A stretch of DNA of 32,000 bases from Sinorhizobium meliloti (lineage in GTDB: Bacteria; Pseudomonadota; Alphaproteobacteria; Rhizobiales; Rhizobiaceae): contig NZ_JAGIOS010000001.1 of assembly GCF_017876815.1 (NCBI RefSeq), positions 2,040,001-2,072,000 on the forward strand. Direction: 5' to 3'. The notes below the pieces were generated by a model. That model saw only the letters and a program-made list of their open reading frames with translations. It did not search any database and was not told the DNA's origin. The position numbers and the translations under genes are program-made. Positions 9,550-16,468 of the stretch are shown one piece after another (positions within the stretch are counted from its first letter, which is position 1; each line of letters opens with the position of its first letter).

Positions 9550-10401
9550 ATGGCGACCAGCAGCTTCAAAGCGGCGCTGGCGCGGGTGCTCGTCCATGAG
9601 GGCGGGTATGTAAATCATCCGCGCGACCCCGGCGGCGCCACCAATCAGGGCATTATCCAGCGGACATATGATGCCTATCGGCGCAGCAAGAAATTGCAGC
9701 CGCGCTCGGTCCAGAAGCTAACCGCGCCCGAGCGCGACGCGATCTATCGGCGCCAGTATTGGGACGCGATCAAGGGCGACAAGTTGCCGGCGGGCGTCGA
9801 TTATGTCGTGTTCGACGGGGCGGTAAACTGCGGCCCGAAGCAATCCATCAAATGGCTACAGCGGGCGCTCGGCTCGGCCTATCGTGGCCAGATCGACGGC
9901 GTGATCGGGCTGGCCACCTTCGCCGCGCTTGGGGCCGTCGAGGATCACGACGCGCTGATAGATCGGATTTGCGACCGCCGGATGATCTACCTCCGCGCGC
10001 TCGATACATGGCCGGACTTTGCCGGCGGCTGGACCCGGCGCGTTCAGAACGTGCGGGCGATCGGCAAGGCCGAGGCAACCGGGGCCGAGGAAGTCGCCGC
10101 CGTCCATATCGCCGGGGCCGAAACAAAGGCGCCAATCGAGGACGCCCGCAAGGCGCCGTCGCCAGCACCCGCCGATGCGGCGACCGGCGGCGGGATCGGG
10201 GCGGGCGGCATCGCCGGCACGTTGCAAACCCTTCAGGATCAGCTGACGCCGTTCAGTTCGGCCGGCGATTGGATCACCACGACGGTCGCCGTGCTCGCCA
10301 TCGGCGGCGCCATGCTCGCGGCGGGCGGGATCGCATATCGCTATTACGCGAAGCGGCGGGCGGCAAAGCTGGCCGACGCCCTTGATGCGGTGCCGGCATG
10401 A
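9550..10401 (+). CDS. Endolysin: GH108-type muramidase plus peptidoglycan-binding domain, with C-terminal transmembrane anchor
   Basis: RBS is GGAGAAATC-ATG. VHEGGYVNHPRDPGGATNQGI is the hallmark GH108 motif, followed by a PG_binding_3-like region. A Gly/Ala-rich linker then leads to the hydrophobic segment WITTTVAVLAIGGAMLAAGGIAY followed by RYYAKRR. Confidence 0.85.
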   Translation: MATSSFKAALARVLVHEGGYVNHPRDPGGATNQGIIQRTYDAYRRSKKLQPRSVQKLTAPERDAIYRRQYWDAIKGDKLPAGVDYVVFDGAVNCGPKQSIKWLQRALGSAYRGQIDGVIGLATFAALGAVEDHDALIDRICDRRMIYLRALDTWPDFAGGWTRRVQNVRAIGKAEATGAEEVAAVHIAGAETKAPIEDARKAPSPAPADAATGGGIGAGGIAGTLQTLQDQLTPFSSAGDWITTTVAVLAIGGAMLAAGGIAYRYYAKRRAAKLADALDAVPA

Positions 10402-10682
10402 TCGCGCTGCTTACCGGACCCTGGGGGAAATGGATCGGGGTCGCGGCGATCGCCGTCGCGCTGTTCGGCGTCGGCTATTGGAAAGGCCGCGCCGATATCC
10501 GCGCCGATCAGCTGAAAGATACCATCCGCGCAATCGAGAAAAGGGAGCGGATTGATGAACGGATTCAAGGCTTGGACGGCATCGCTCTTTGCAATGAGCT
10601 TCTTGGCGGCGGGGTGCACGACGAATGCCAGCAATTGCGCGGGGTGGAGGAAGATACCCGTCACCCCGGCCGGCGCCGTTAA
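10398..10682 (+). CDS. Putative i-spanin (N-terminal TM plus charged helical region)
   Basis: ATG overlaps the endolysin stop (ATGA). The TM segment is WIGVAAIAVALFGVGYW, followed by RADIRADQLKDTIRAIEKRERIDERI. A lipoprotein ORF starts inside it in another frame. Confidence 0.5.
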   Translation: MIALLTGPWGKWIGVAAIAVALFGVGYWKGRADIRADQLKDTIRAIEKRERIDERIQGLDGIALCNELLGGGVHDECQQLRGVEEDTRHPGRRR

Positions 10683-10770
10683 GCTGGCCAGCGATCCCGA
10701 TCTAGTTCCAACCGGCCAAGGCGTTGCCAGCACCAACGCTTTCGGGCGCGCGCAGAAGTGCTGGAAATAG
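10555..10770 (+). CDS. Putative o-spanin (outer-membrane lipoprotein), overlapping the i-spanin gene
   Basis: GGGAG lies 7 nt before ATG 10555. The signal peptide carries the lipobox FLAAG-C. The mature part is short, with Cys near both ends (CTTNASNC ... AQKCWK). Confidence 0.6.
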   Translation: MNGFKAWTASLFAMSFLAAGCTTNASNCAGWRKIPVTPAGAVKLASDPDLVPTGQGVASTNAFGRAQKCWK

Positions 10771-10779
10771 GAGGCCGCA

Positions 10780-10974
10780 ATGATTGAGGCACTGATTGCC
10801 TTGGCGATCACGATTCTCGTCGTCGGGCTGATCGCCGGGCTGGTAATCTTTCTGATCCGGCGGGCGCCATTCATCCCCGCGCCGTCCGGTCAATGGGCCG
10901 AATATGTCGTGATCGTCATCGCCGTCTTAATTATCCTGTTGCGGGCGCTGCCGCTGTTAGGAGTCAGCGTGTGA
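10780..10974 (+). CDS. Small two-TM membrane protein, holin candidate
   Basis: Strong RBS TAGGAGGCCGCA-ATG. It is 64 aa with two hydrophobic helices separated by RRAPFIPAPSGQ. Confidence 0.5.
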   Translation: MIEALIALAITILVVGLIAGLVIFLIRRAPFIPAPSGQWAEYVVIVIAVLIILLRALPLLGVSV

Positions 10975-11414
10975 TGACCTTCGAAGTCGATACCCGGACG
11001 ATCAATATCAACACGGTGGTTTCGGTCGCCGGGTTCCTCGCGACGTTCGTGTTCATCGGCATCGCATGGGGCGCCTCGCAAGCGGCGCTGTCCGATCTGG
11101 AAGAATGGCGCATTCAGCATGAAGGCGTGCATCGCGATTTACAGGCCAGCGTGCGTTCGCATGATGCCGTGGTGGACTCTCAGATTTCGACCCTCCGCAG
11201 CAACCTCGCCAAGCTGGACCAGATCGAATACCGCATTACAGCGAACGAGAAAGGCATTGAGGCACTCGATACCCGGATAGGCCGGATTACCGAAAGCTAC
11301 AGCAATCAGTTCTCCGATTTCCGCAATCAGCTGTCATCGATATCGACGCAGATCGCGTTGACCAATCAGACCCTCCAGCGGATCGAGGCGGCGACGCCGG
11401 CCGCCCCGCGCTGA
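10974..11414 (+). CDS. Membrane-anchored coiled-coil protein of unknown function (last prophage gene)
   Basis: ATG overlaps the upstream stop (GTGATGA). One N-terminal TM (VVSVAGFLATFVFIGIAW) is followed by a long heptad-like region (LRSNLAKLDQIEYRITANEKGIEALDTRIGRI). Confidence 0.55.
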   Translation: MTFEVDTRTININTVVSVAGFLATFVFIGIAWGASQAALSDLEEWRIQHEGVHRDLQASVRSHDAVVDSQISTLRSNLAKLDQIEYRITANEKGIEALDTRIGRITESYSNQFSDFRNQLSSISTQIALTNQTLQRIEAATPAAPR

Positions 11415-11470
11415 TCATTCCTCCCGGCGCGGGCTAGGCAAACCTAGCCCGGCGGCCCGCGCCCAATCGT

Positions 11471-11507
11471 CCCGCCCTTGGCTTCGCGCCGGGGCGGGCT
11501 TTTTTGT
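11471..11507 (+). terminator. Intrinsic terminator closing the prophage late operon
   Basis: A 7-bp GC stem CCCGCCC (11471-77) / GGGCGGG (11492-98) is followed by CTTTTTTGTTT. It is preceded by a second 8-bp hairpin GGGCTAGG/CCTAGCCC at 11431-11450. Confidence 0.6.
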
Positions 11508-11926
11508 TTCGGCCATAGCGGGCCGCTGACGCGCGTTTCCGATCGCCGGGATAGATTGGGCATGCCAAGGGCGCAAAGCGCGCTGTGCGCCGCGACGGCC
11601 GGGAAAGCGGATCGGGAATTCTGGTATAAGGGCGGGCAGGCTGATTCGATGATGCGGAAAGCAAAGCCCCGGCGGGAAAATCCTCGCCGGGGCACTGCGG
11701 ATAACCACGGGAACAAACGGGGAAAATGATATGGATAACCCTTCCTTAAGCCCTTGATTTCGCATTCATAGAAAATTTACCAAATGTGATGTCATTATGG
11801 CTTATCGACATATGGCACGACCGCCCGCCTCATGATCTTACTCACGACCGTGCGGGAGCTGCGTCGGGCTTATGCGCGCCCGGCGCCGCGACAGCCCGTG
11901 ATCCGGTTTGAAGCGAGCAAGGAAGA

Positions 11927-12592
11927 ATGATGGCAAAGAATCCGAATCTGACGTTGACGGGACACGATCTGGCCGCGCTGCTGTGCAGCCGCGTCTGCCA
12001 CGACATCATCTCGCCGGTCGGCGCCATCAACAACGGTCTCGAACTCCTCGACGAGGGCGGCGCCGATGCGGACGCGATGGACCTGATTCGCACCAGCGCG
12101 CTCAATGCCTCGGTACGGCTGAAATTCGCGCGCCTTGCCTTCGGGGCATCGGGCTCGGTCGGTGCCTCGATCGACACCGGCGAGGCCGAGAAGGCCGCCA
12201 AGGATTTTGCCGCTTCGGAGAAGAAGACCGAGGTCAACTGGAACGGACCGCGCGCGATCATCGCCAAGAACCGCGTCAAGCTGCTCCTGAACCTGTTCCT
12301 GATCGCTTACGGCTCGATCCCGCGTGGCGGCGTCATCGACATCACTCTGGAAAATCCGGAGTTCGACGCGATATTCACCCTCAATGCCAAGGGTCGGATG
12401 ATGCGCGTGCCGCCCAAGCTGGTGGAGCTCATCTCCGGCACGCCGGAGGAGGCGGTCGACGCACATTCGATCCAGCCCTATTACACGGTACTCCTGGCGG
12501 AAGAGGCCGGTATGGCGATCGACGTCGTATCGACCGGCGAAGCGATCGTCTTCACCGCTCGCGTCGTAGCGCCCGAAACGGTGAGCGCCTGA
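11927..12592 (+). CDS. chpT: Histidine phosphotransferase ChpT (CckA to CtrA/CpdR phosphorelay)
   Basis: AAGGAAGA-ATG. LAALLCSRVCHDIISPVGAINNGLELLDEG and ARLAFGASGS match the ChpT family signature around the phospho-His. The gene neighbours ctrA. Confidence 0.85.
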   Translation: MMAKNPNLTLTGHDLAALLCSRVCHDIISPVGAINNGLELLDEGGADADAMDLIRTSALNASVRLKFARLAFGASGSVGASIDTGEAEKAAKDFAASEKKTEVNWNGPRAIIAKNRVKLLLNLFLIAYGSIPRGGVIDITLENPEFDAIFTLNAKGRMMRVPPKLVELISGTPEEAVDAHSIQPYYTVLLAEEAGMAIDVVSTGEAIVFTARVVAPETVSA

Positions 12593-12834
12593 GGCGGGAC
12601 CAAGCGCGGCTTTCGGCAAATCTGGCCGATTTCCATCGTCTCATTGCTCCGGTGACGGGAGGACTCATGCGCCCTCCCGTATGCTTCACGACCGCATCCC
12701 TCCGACCGACCGGAAGCGCCGGCGGTTTTCAGCGCGGCGGGTGATGCCGCGTCACCGCGGTAACTGTTTCTTTGCCAAATCCGTATAGGATTGCTTCATG
12801 GAGATGGTTTCGCGTGTGGCGGAGCGGGAAGGAG

Positions 12835-13203
12835 ATGGACGTGCGGCGCTTGATGATTGCTGACGGATCGGATGTTGTGCGTAAGGTCGGGAAGCGCATC
12901 CTGTCGGGAATGGGATTCCTGGTTTCCGAGGCGCCGAGCAGCCTTGAAGCGCTGGTGCGATGCGAGGCCGAACTGCCGAACATCCTGATCGTCGACGCGG
13001 GCCTGGACGGTGCGCTCGACCTGATCGGCAATATCCGTCGCCTGCCTGAGGGCGCTTCGGTGCGGATCTATTACTGTGTCGTCCAGGCGGATCTCAAGAA
13101 GATGATGGCCGGCAAGCGGGCCGGTGCCGACGATTTCCTGCTGAAACCGTTCGACCGCAAAATCCTGACGAGTGTTTTCGCCGGTCAGTCCATGGCGGCC
13201 TGA
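12835..13203 (+). CDS. Single-domain response regulator (receiver only)
   Basis: Receiver fold signature: MIADGSD ... ILIVDAGLDG (phospho-Asp position) ... FLLKPF (conserved Lys). The start is ambiguous (ATG 12835 or GTG 12841, both after GGAAGGAG). The upstream part of track ORF 12772 looks non-coding. Confidence 0.75.
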   Translation: MDVRRLMIADGSDVVRKVGKRILSGMGFLVSEAPSSLEALVRCEAELPNILIVDAGLDGALDLIGNIRRLPEGASVRIYYCVVQADLKKMMAGKRAGADDFLLKPFDRKILTSVFAGQSMAA

Positions 13204-13295
13204 AACAGAGCCGGTCCTATGGGGCCACGCGGGGCTTACCCAAGCGATCACCTGCCCCATCTTCCGATAGGGCAAGGCTTTCTCTCTTGATTCCT

Positions 13296-13405
13296 CATTC
13301 CTGTGCTCGTCACAGGAATCCAGCCAGGCCGAGTCCCTGGGCTGAAAAGACCCTCCCGCGCCGCAGACGCAGCGCTGCTGGATTCCTGTGACACGCACAG
13401 GAATG
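13296..13405. repeat. 110-bp MITE/RIME-like palindromic element
   Basis: 29-bp terminal inverted repeats: CATTCCTGTGCTCGTCACAGGAATCCAGC (13296-13324) versus the reverse complement of GCTGGATTCCTGTGACACGCACAGGAATG (13377-13405), 27 of 29 matching. Each arm is itself a hairpin (ATTCCTGTG...CACAGGAAT). Flanking TCTCTC/GAGAGA extends the symmetry. Confidence 0.7.
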
Positions 13406-13490
13406 CAGCAGAGAGAAAAAATGTATCCGCCACCAATCGCTGCTATGCGGCGTCACGTACTTGCTGTGACGGGTCAATATGCGTCGGCAA

Positions 13491-13518
13491 CAAAAAACCC
13501 GCCCTGATTAGGCGGGTT
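13491..13518 (-). terminator. Intrinsic terminator of ctrA
   Basis: On the minus strand the stem is CCCGCC/GGCGGG (13498-13503 / 13511-13516) with a 7-nt loop, followed by TTTTTTG. It lies about 60 nt downstream of the ctrA stop. Confidence 0.65.
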
Positions 13519-13577
13519 CGGCTGCGGTTCGGGCGAGGCGGCAGATGCGGGTATGTCGCCTACGGGAATGCCGGAAA

Positions 13578-14279
13578 TCAGGCGGTTTCCAGGTAGTCGC
13601 TGCCTTCCGGCTCGCGCAGCACGTAGCCGCGGCCCCAGACGGTTTCGATGTAGTTGGCGCCGCCGGCGGCATTGGCGAGTTTCTTGCGCAGCTTACAGAT
13701 GAAGACGTCGATGATCTTCAGCTCCGGCTCGTCCATGCCGCCATAAAGGTGGTTCAGGAACATTTCCTTGGTGAGCGTCGTGCCCTTGCGCAGCGAGAGC
13801 AGCTCCAGCATCTGGTATTCCTTGCCCGTCAGATGCACGCGCTGGCCGCCGACTTCCACGGTCTTGGCGTCCAGGTTGACGATCAGCTCGCCCGTCGAGA
13901 TGACCGACTGGGCATGGCCCTTGGAGCGGCGCACGATCGCGTGGATCCGGGCCACCAGCTCGTCCTTGTGGAAAGGCTTGGTCATATAGTCGTCGGCGCC
14001 GAAGCCGAGGCCGCGCACCTTGTCCTCGATACCCGCCATGCCCGAAAGGATGAGAATCGGTGTTTTGACCTTCGACAGACGCAGCGTTCTGAGAACTTCG
14101 TAACCGGACATGTCCGGCAGGTTCAGGTCGAGGAGAATGATGTCGTAGTCGTAAAGCTTGCCGAGATCGACGCCTTCTTCCCCGAGATCTGTGGTGTAGA
14201 CGTTGAAACTTTCGGACTTGAGCATGAGCTCGATGCTCTGAGCCGTCGCGCTGTCGTCTTCGATCAGTAGAACCCGCAT
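13578..14279 (-). CDS. ctrA: Cell-cycle master response regulator CtrA (OmpR family)
   Basis: [36 protein letters not shown]...[19 protein letters not shown]...[15 protein letters not shown] is unmistakably CtrA. I chose the start at MRVLL (14279) rather than the track start at 14318. Confidence 0.95.
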   Translation of the reverse strand: MRVLLIEDDSATAQSIELMLKSESFNVYTTDLGEEGVDLGKLYDYDIILLDLNLPDMSGYEVLRTLRLSKVKTPILILSGMAGIEDKVRGLGFGADDYMTKPFHKDELVARIHAIVRRSKGHAQSVISTGELIVNLDAKTVEVGGQRVHLTGKEYQMLELLSLRKGTTLTKEMFLNHLYGGMDEPELKIIDVFICKLRKKLANAAGGANYIETVWGRGYVLREPEGSDYLETA

Positions 14280-14368
14280 AGTCTTCCCCTTTTCCGCCGC
14301 CCAAGGTTGTCGTGGCATCCTTACGCGATACGGATCCAGTCGTTGCCTGATTTGGAGGCTGCCACCAA

Positions 14369-14376
14369 ATGGTTAA
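14369..14376 (-). promoter_or_regulatory. CtrA half-site TTAACCAT upstream of ctrA
   Basis: Plus strand ATGGTTAA is TTAACCAT on the ctrA strand, about 90 nt upstream of the start codon. This is the 8-mer CtrA motif described in Caulobacter. Further (G)TTAA(C) half-sites lie at 14415, 14494, 14571, 14581 and 14625. Confidence 0.45.
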
Positions 14377-14736
14377 CAAATTCTGATTCACTCTGGCAAG
14401 GTGTATCGAAAATGTTAAATATTTTTAGCAGTCTCCTGATTCAAAACGTAAATCTGAAATTGCGCTCCTCATGCGATACATGAGGGAATGCCGTTAACTG
14501 ACTCTTCCGACTCGTAAATGCGCGAAAGTCCACATTTCATGCATCAGCATTTACGGAGCCTTAAATCATCGCACCTATGATTAACGATGCCCGTAAACGA
14601 AAGGTTACCAGCGGTAGGCATTTGTTAAGGCCGCGGTCGATTTTTGTTTCCGGCTCGGTTGGGCCGGCACAACGGGCCGCAGATCACGGGGATTCCGGGC
14701 GAACCGGCTTCTCTAGTGGTCGATTAGAAGGAGTTA

Positions 14737-14786
14737 GAGCGGGATGCGGGCGGAGATCTCCTTCACAGCTTTCCCTTATCCCGCTC
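14737..14786. repeat. Intergenic hairpin repeat, copy 1 (GAGCGGGATGCGGGCGGA ... ATCCCGCTC)
   Basis: An 18-nt block is identical to 20767-20784. Both copies end in ATCCCGCTC, which pairs with the 5' GAGCGGGAT (9-bp stem). Confidence 0.55.
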
Positions 14787-14829
14787 GGGAACAGTAACCG
14801 GGGTCTCGGTATCCACGGGAGTATTGCGT

Positions 14830-15180
14830 ATGAAAGCACGTGAGAGCCTAGTCCGACTGAAGGAATTTCAGGTTCGGGAAAAGCAGCGCCAGCTCAGCCA
14901 GCTTCAAATGATGATGGCCGAGTTCGAGCGCATGACCAAGGATCTGGAAAACCAGATCGTCTTCGAGGAGAAGAAGTCGGGTATTTCCGACCCTTCGCAT
15001 TTCGCCTATCCCACCTTCGCCAAGGCTGCCCGCCAGAGGGCCGATAATCTCCAGGTTTCCATTCGCGAGCTGAAGATGCAGCAGGATGCGGCCGAGCTCG
15101 CGCTCGAGGAGGTGCAGGCGGAATATGCGAGGGCAGCAGCGCTCGAGGAGCGGGATACGGGTGCGCGGCTGCGCGCCTGA
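14830..15180 (+). CDS. FliJ-like coiled-coil protein (116 aa)
   Basis: GGGAG lies 8 nt before ATG 14830; the track start at 14824 is a TTG. The sequence is entirely heptad-like (LVRLKEFQVREKQRQLSQLQMMMAEFERMTKDLENQI). From memory, genes in this position next to ctrA in Rhizobiales are annotated as FliJ-family. Confidence 0.5.
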   Translation: MKARESLVRLKEFQVREKQRQLSQLQMMMAEFERMTKDLENQIVFEEKKSGISDPSHFAYPTFAKAARQRADNLQVSIRELKMQQDAAELALEEVQAEYARAAALEERDTGARLRA

Positions 15181-15225
15181 GAGAGCAACTACGGCACCGC
15201 GTATCTGATGAGACGCGCGGTGCCT

Positions 15226-15313
15226 TACAGCGCCGCGGGTCTTATCAGAAGCACAAAGGGCGCTCTAACTTGTTGAATCGGCGCATTGTGCTTTTCGAAG
15301 ATTGATTCCGATT
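15226..15313. repeat. Intergenic structured repeat, copy A (TACAGCGCCG..GTCTTATCAGA..)
   Basis: By hand alignment 34 of the first 40 nt are identical to 20252-20291. It is preceded by a 9-bp hairpin GGCACCGCG/CGCGGTGCC (15193-15224) just after the fliJ-like stop. Confidence 0.5.
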
Positions 15314-15352
15314 GTCGGGCCGATGCGGCAGGAGAAGGGGTCCCTTGCACTA

Positions 15353-15634
15353 TCAACCCTGGATCACATCCCGCCACTCCGGATGGCGCATGACCTGAGC
15401 GCGCATGAAGGGGCAGAGCGGGATGATCTTCCAGCTGCCCTTTCGGGCCTCTTCGATCGCGTGAAGGGCCAACGCCTGGCCGACGCCCTTGCCGCGCAAC
15501 GCGTCCGGAACGAACGTGTGGTCCACGATTATGAGATGCGGCGACGACCTGGAATAGGTCATCTCACCGGTGTGGCCGTCGAGCGTCGCCGTGTAGCGGC
15601 CTTTTGTATTCGTTTCTTCCTGGGCGATGTCCAT
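15353..15634 (-). CDS. Small GNAT-like acetyltransferase (YjdJ-type, 93 aa)
   Basis: HTFVPDALRGKGVGQALALHAIEEARKGSWKIIPLCPFMRAQVMRHPEW matches the single-domain GNAT-like family (R/Q-x-x-G-x-G/A motif plus C-terminal CPF). Confidence 0.7.
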   Translation of the reverse strand: MDIAQEETNTKGRYTATLDGHTGEMTYSRSSPHLIIVDHTFVPDALRGKGVGQALALHAIEEARKGSWKIIPLCPFMRAQVMRHPEWRDVIQG

Positions 15635-15784
15635 CGGGCGTCCTTCGTTCCCATGCGTTGGTGGCGATACGGCAGCTGCAGCATGATCTGATGGATGGTT
15701 TTATCGTCAAATCGGCTGAAACGAAACCGGCGGCTCAGGAGCACCCAAGCCGCCGGTTCGAATTATGGCCCTGCAGGGGATTGA

Positions 15785-16060
15785 TCAGTGGCGATATTGC
15801 TGGATGCGCGTCGTGCGCAGGCCGGCGAGACCATGGTCATTTATCGAGGATTGCCAGGAGAGGAATTCCTCTACGGTCAGCGTGTAACGCTCACATGCCT
15901 CTTCGAGGCTCAAAAGGCCACCACGCACGGCGGCGACGACTTCAGCCTTCCTGCGGATGACCCAGCGCCGGGTATTGGCCGGCGGCAGGTCCGCGATCGT
16001 CAAGGGGCTGCCATCGGGGCCGATGACATATTTCACGCGTGGACGCATCATTTCGGTCAT
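15785..16060 (-). CDS. sciP: CtrA inhibitor SciP (DUF1153 family)
   Basis: RVKYVIGPDGSPLTIADLPPANTRRWVIRRKAEVVAAVRGGLLSLEEACERYTLTVEEFLSWQ is the SciP signature. Confidence 0.85.
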   Translation of the reverse strand: MTEMMRPRVKYVIGPDGSPLTIADLPPANTRRWVIRRKAEVVAAVRGGLLSLEEACERYTLTVEEFLSWQSSINDHGLAGLRTTRIQQYRH

Positions 16061-16114
16061 GGGACTCTCTACACAAACTCAAGACCATATGGCTGTGACC
16101 TTAGCTTGCCACAT

Positions 16115-16130
16115 TTAATAATTGCCTAAA
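16115..16130 (-). promoter_or_regulatory. Near-consensus CtrA box upstream of sciP
   Basis: TTAA-TAATTGC-CTAAA (16115-16130) compares with the consensus TTAA-N7-TTAAC. GATAACCAT at 16136-16144 has one mismatch to the TTAACCAT half-site. Both lie 55-85 nt upstream of the sciP start. Confidence 0.35.
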
Positions 16131-16468
16131 CCGTTGATAACCATTTGATCATCATTTGAGCGGCCTCGGCCGCGGATGGTTCGCAAGGGTGGCTGTTCGT
16201 GACGGAAGGAAACGGCAGGCCTTCCTAGAATTTCGGGACGCGGGCCATGCAATCACCACATTTCGCTTCGACTGGAATTCGCGACAGCGAGGCGCCGGAT
16301 CAAACGGGCGTCCACGTGTATGCTCCCGGAATAAACGGGGGCGTCACGAAGTTTGCGGGCGGCGCGGCTCATGTCTGCGGCGCGGGGCAGGGGGGGCGCT
16401 TTCAGCCACCGGGCCAGGACCGCTTTAGTCTCCATAGCGGCGGCAACGCCGGCAGCACGGTGACCGGA

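Larger units (their letters stand above)
1..11510 (+). mobile_element. Prophage right arm (tail morphogenesis, receptor-binding and lysis modules); left boundary outside window, right boundary approximate
   Basis: Fifteen co-oriented, tightly packed or overlapping plus-strand genes (ATGA/GTGA junctions) with phage-type products. The block ends in two hairpins and a T-run at 11431-11507, just before the chromosomal chpT locus. No integrase or att repeat is visible in the window. Confidence 0.8.

Noticed and set aside
1-11510. Calling the phage-like block a gene transfer agent because of RcGTA-like tail gene order and proximity to ctrA, chpT and sciP
   Set aside because: The tape measure is 644 aa, much longer than GTA tape measures. 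Extra fibre and depolymerase genes and a complete lysis cassette are contiguous with the tail genes. All of this is typical of a true temperate siphovirus. The head region is outside the window, so GTA status cannot be supported.
11415-11765. ORFs in the prophage-chpT spacer (11415-11765 minus, 11434-11664 minus, 11478-11729 plus)
   Set aside because: They overlap the terminator hairpins, have no RBS and are Arg/Pro-rich. The region is better explained as non-coding boundary sequence.
11870-14391. ORFs antisense or off-frame to chpT and ctrA (11870-12619 minus, 11908-12744 plus, 13545-14270 plus, 13693-14391 minus)
   Set aside because: The ChpT and CtrA frames are certain from their sequence signatures, so the alternatives are shadows.
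16247-16468. N-terminal extension of the LuxR-family ORF (track start 16247)
   Set aside because: The first 74 codons are Gly/Ala-rich with no similarity to LuxR N-termini and would give an over-long protein. Internal ATGs at 16469 and 16517 give typical lengths. The exact start remains uncertain.
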